Assembly (NCBI RefSeq): GCF_000143415.4
Contig: NW_003314635.1
Span: 1 to 8,270 of the forward strand
Reading direction: 5' to 3'
Source: Selaginella moellendorffii
Lineage: Eukaryota; Plantae; Lycopodiophyta
Length of the DNA: 8,270 nt
Below the pieces are notes generated by a model, which was not told the origin of the DNA, did not search any database, and saw only the letters and a program-made list of their open reading frames with translations. This document shows, one piece after another, positions 7,101 to 8,270 of this stretch; positions within the stretch are counted from its first letter, which is position 1; each line of letters starts with the position of its first letter. Position numbers and translations under genes: made by a program.

Positions 7101-8079
7101 AAGGGTGGGAAATTCGCTAACACCCGAGCAACACGACGAACTTCGAGCCTTGGGAGCCCGTAAGAAACAGTTTTCCGTGCTTGTGTTTGCAGCTAATTGT
7201 GTGCATGGATGCAGAAATAGCTTACAAAACAAGTGATGCAAGATATGGCTACGAGTGTGCGCGTTACATGGTCCAACAACGTCCATACAGCCTAAGTATG
7301 TGGAATTGCTACTACCAAGTCGTCTCAAGGTTCTTACCACACTTGTGGCCATTTTGCCTTGAAACTGCTGATCTTCCAGGTCTGAAGCTCGCGTGCCAAG
7401 GCACCACAAGTTTATGCTCCAGATGCGGAACAAATTCGCGGACTGTGTCCCTGCGATGATTATTTGTGGACACCAGTTTGCTATGATCAGCCAGTCACAA
7501 GGCGCTCTTCGCGAATATCTACAGGCTTACAAGCAGCAGCCGGAAGACCCGTTTATAAACCTCTGCGTTGGTAAGCACAGGTTGTGAATTAACTGGCAAT
7601 GTTTTTGTGCTATTACAGGTGTGAGCTTCATCAATCTATCACAGGGCTTTAGACTGAGCAATCGAAACCAGTGCGTCTTACAAGGCTTTGCTTTCCTCTA
7701 CAAGTACCAGCGTCTCTCAAATCACAACCAGGTAAAGCATCTCTTCGTCTGGCTATTTGCCAATCTTTGCTTGTTTGCTCTATACTCCACACAGGAATCA
7801 AACTACAACATCGCCAGAGCCTACCACTGTGTAGGTCTCGTTCACTTGGCCGTGACTTACTACGAGAAAGTTCTCCAGCACTTTGAGAAAGATCGACCCA
7901 TCGTCCGGCTACCGTACGAGTCGAGTACGTTTTTATCCCAGGATTTTGTCCCCGAGGGACGAGTTGGCGGCCACTGCGACCTGAGAAGGGAGGCCGCTCA
8001 CAACTTACACCTGATCTACAAGAAGAGTGGCTCTCTCCATCTTGCGAGGCAAGTTCTCATGGATTATTGTAGGCCATAA
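4193..8079 (+). CDS. GTF3C3: General transcription factor IIIC subunit 3 (TFIIIC102/Tfc4/tau131 homolog), TPR protein, multi-exon. Core exons: 4398(or 4425)-4612, 4667-4775, 4888-5007, 5059-5240, 5287-5482, 5541-5798, 5857-6003, 6065-6143, 6194-6307, 6356-6510, 6558-6676, 6734-6860, 6912-6983, 7036-7159, 7215-7329, 7380-7570, 7619-7731, 7795-8079. Possible extra first exon 4193-4372. 906 aa from ATG 4398, or 957 aa from ATG 4193 with intron 4373-4424.
   Basis: Manual splicing at GT..AG gives one continuous frame ending at TAA 8077-8079. Motifs I recognise from plant GTF3C3: acidic N-terminus then FERLEYEALAERKRKALA; basic NLS-like KRRRR..KRKGRKK; TPRs (AIALLKEVVRLAPNAPDAYHTLGLLY; CLTKAIRADPDDIDAKWDRASLY); PLPNLLKDDEH; ALREYLQAYKQQPEDPFINLCVG; NRNQCVLQGFAFL; QESNYNIARAYH; DLRREAAHNLHLIYKKSG..LARQVL. 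The start codon is uncertain. Confidence 0.93.
4259..4306 (+). repeat. Imperfect 24-bp in-frame tandem repeat (GDVEVDID / GDVEVDVD) in the 4193 ORF
   Basis: GGCGACGTGGAGGTGGATATCGAC followed by GGCGATGTGGAGGTGGATGTGGAT. Confidence 0.8.
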
Positions 8080-8109
8080 CCATTCCCTTGTAAAAATACT
8101 GATTAAGAT

Positions 8110-8135
8110 AATAAAAGTAGTTTAAACCTAATAAA
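8110..8135 (+). promoter_or_regulatory. Candidate polyadenylation signals of GTF3C3
   Basis: AATAAA at 8110-8115 and 8130-8135, about 30 and 50 nt after the stop. The AT-rich context makes chance matches possible. Confidence 0.45.
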
Positions 8136-8270
8136 AAATCACTTTCTTTAAAATTGTATCTCTTAAAATGAAGCCTCCATTTGTTATTTTGTAATTAAAG
8201 TATAAATTTTAATTATACTAGCAAATTTAATTTTATAGATTAAGTAGAAAGAAAGAGTATTAATAGAGAA

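Noticed and set aside
3850-7433. Minus-strand ORFs overlapping the PPR relic and GTF3C3
   Set aside because: Antisense shadows of GC-rich or low-complexity coding sequence with no recognisable domains.

Overview
Eukaryotic land-plant genomic DNA. The dense, very short introns (mostly 46-63 nt) and PLS-type PPR relics suggest a compact non-seed-plant genome such as Selaginella; this is inference. The right half (about 4193/4398-8079, +) is an intron-rich gene for the TPR scaffold subunit of RNA polymerase III factor TFIIIC (GTF3C3/Tfc4), which I spliced by hand through 17 GT-AG introns to a stop at 8077-8079. Its 5' end is unusual. A one-base frame break at 4385-4390 (GTT TGA) separates two coding-like segments. 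A candidate 56-nt intron (4132-4187) would join an upstream PPR-derived frame in frame to the 4193 ORF, suggesting a possible PPR-TFIIIC chimera. The left 3.7 kb is AT-rich and holds same-strand decayed gene fragments: a frameshifted PPR (1-180), an unidentified spliced remnant, half an AP2/ERF domain (611-709) and a micro-exon coiled-coil gene remnant (about 2227-3190). It also has a perfect 158-bp and a near-perfect 43-bp tandem duplication. No RNA genes, CRISPR arrays or intact transposase were seen.
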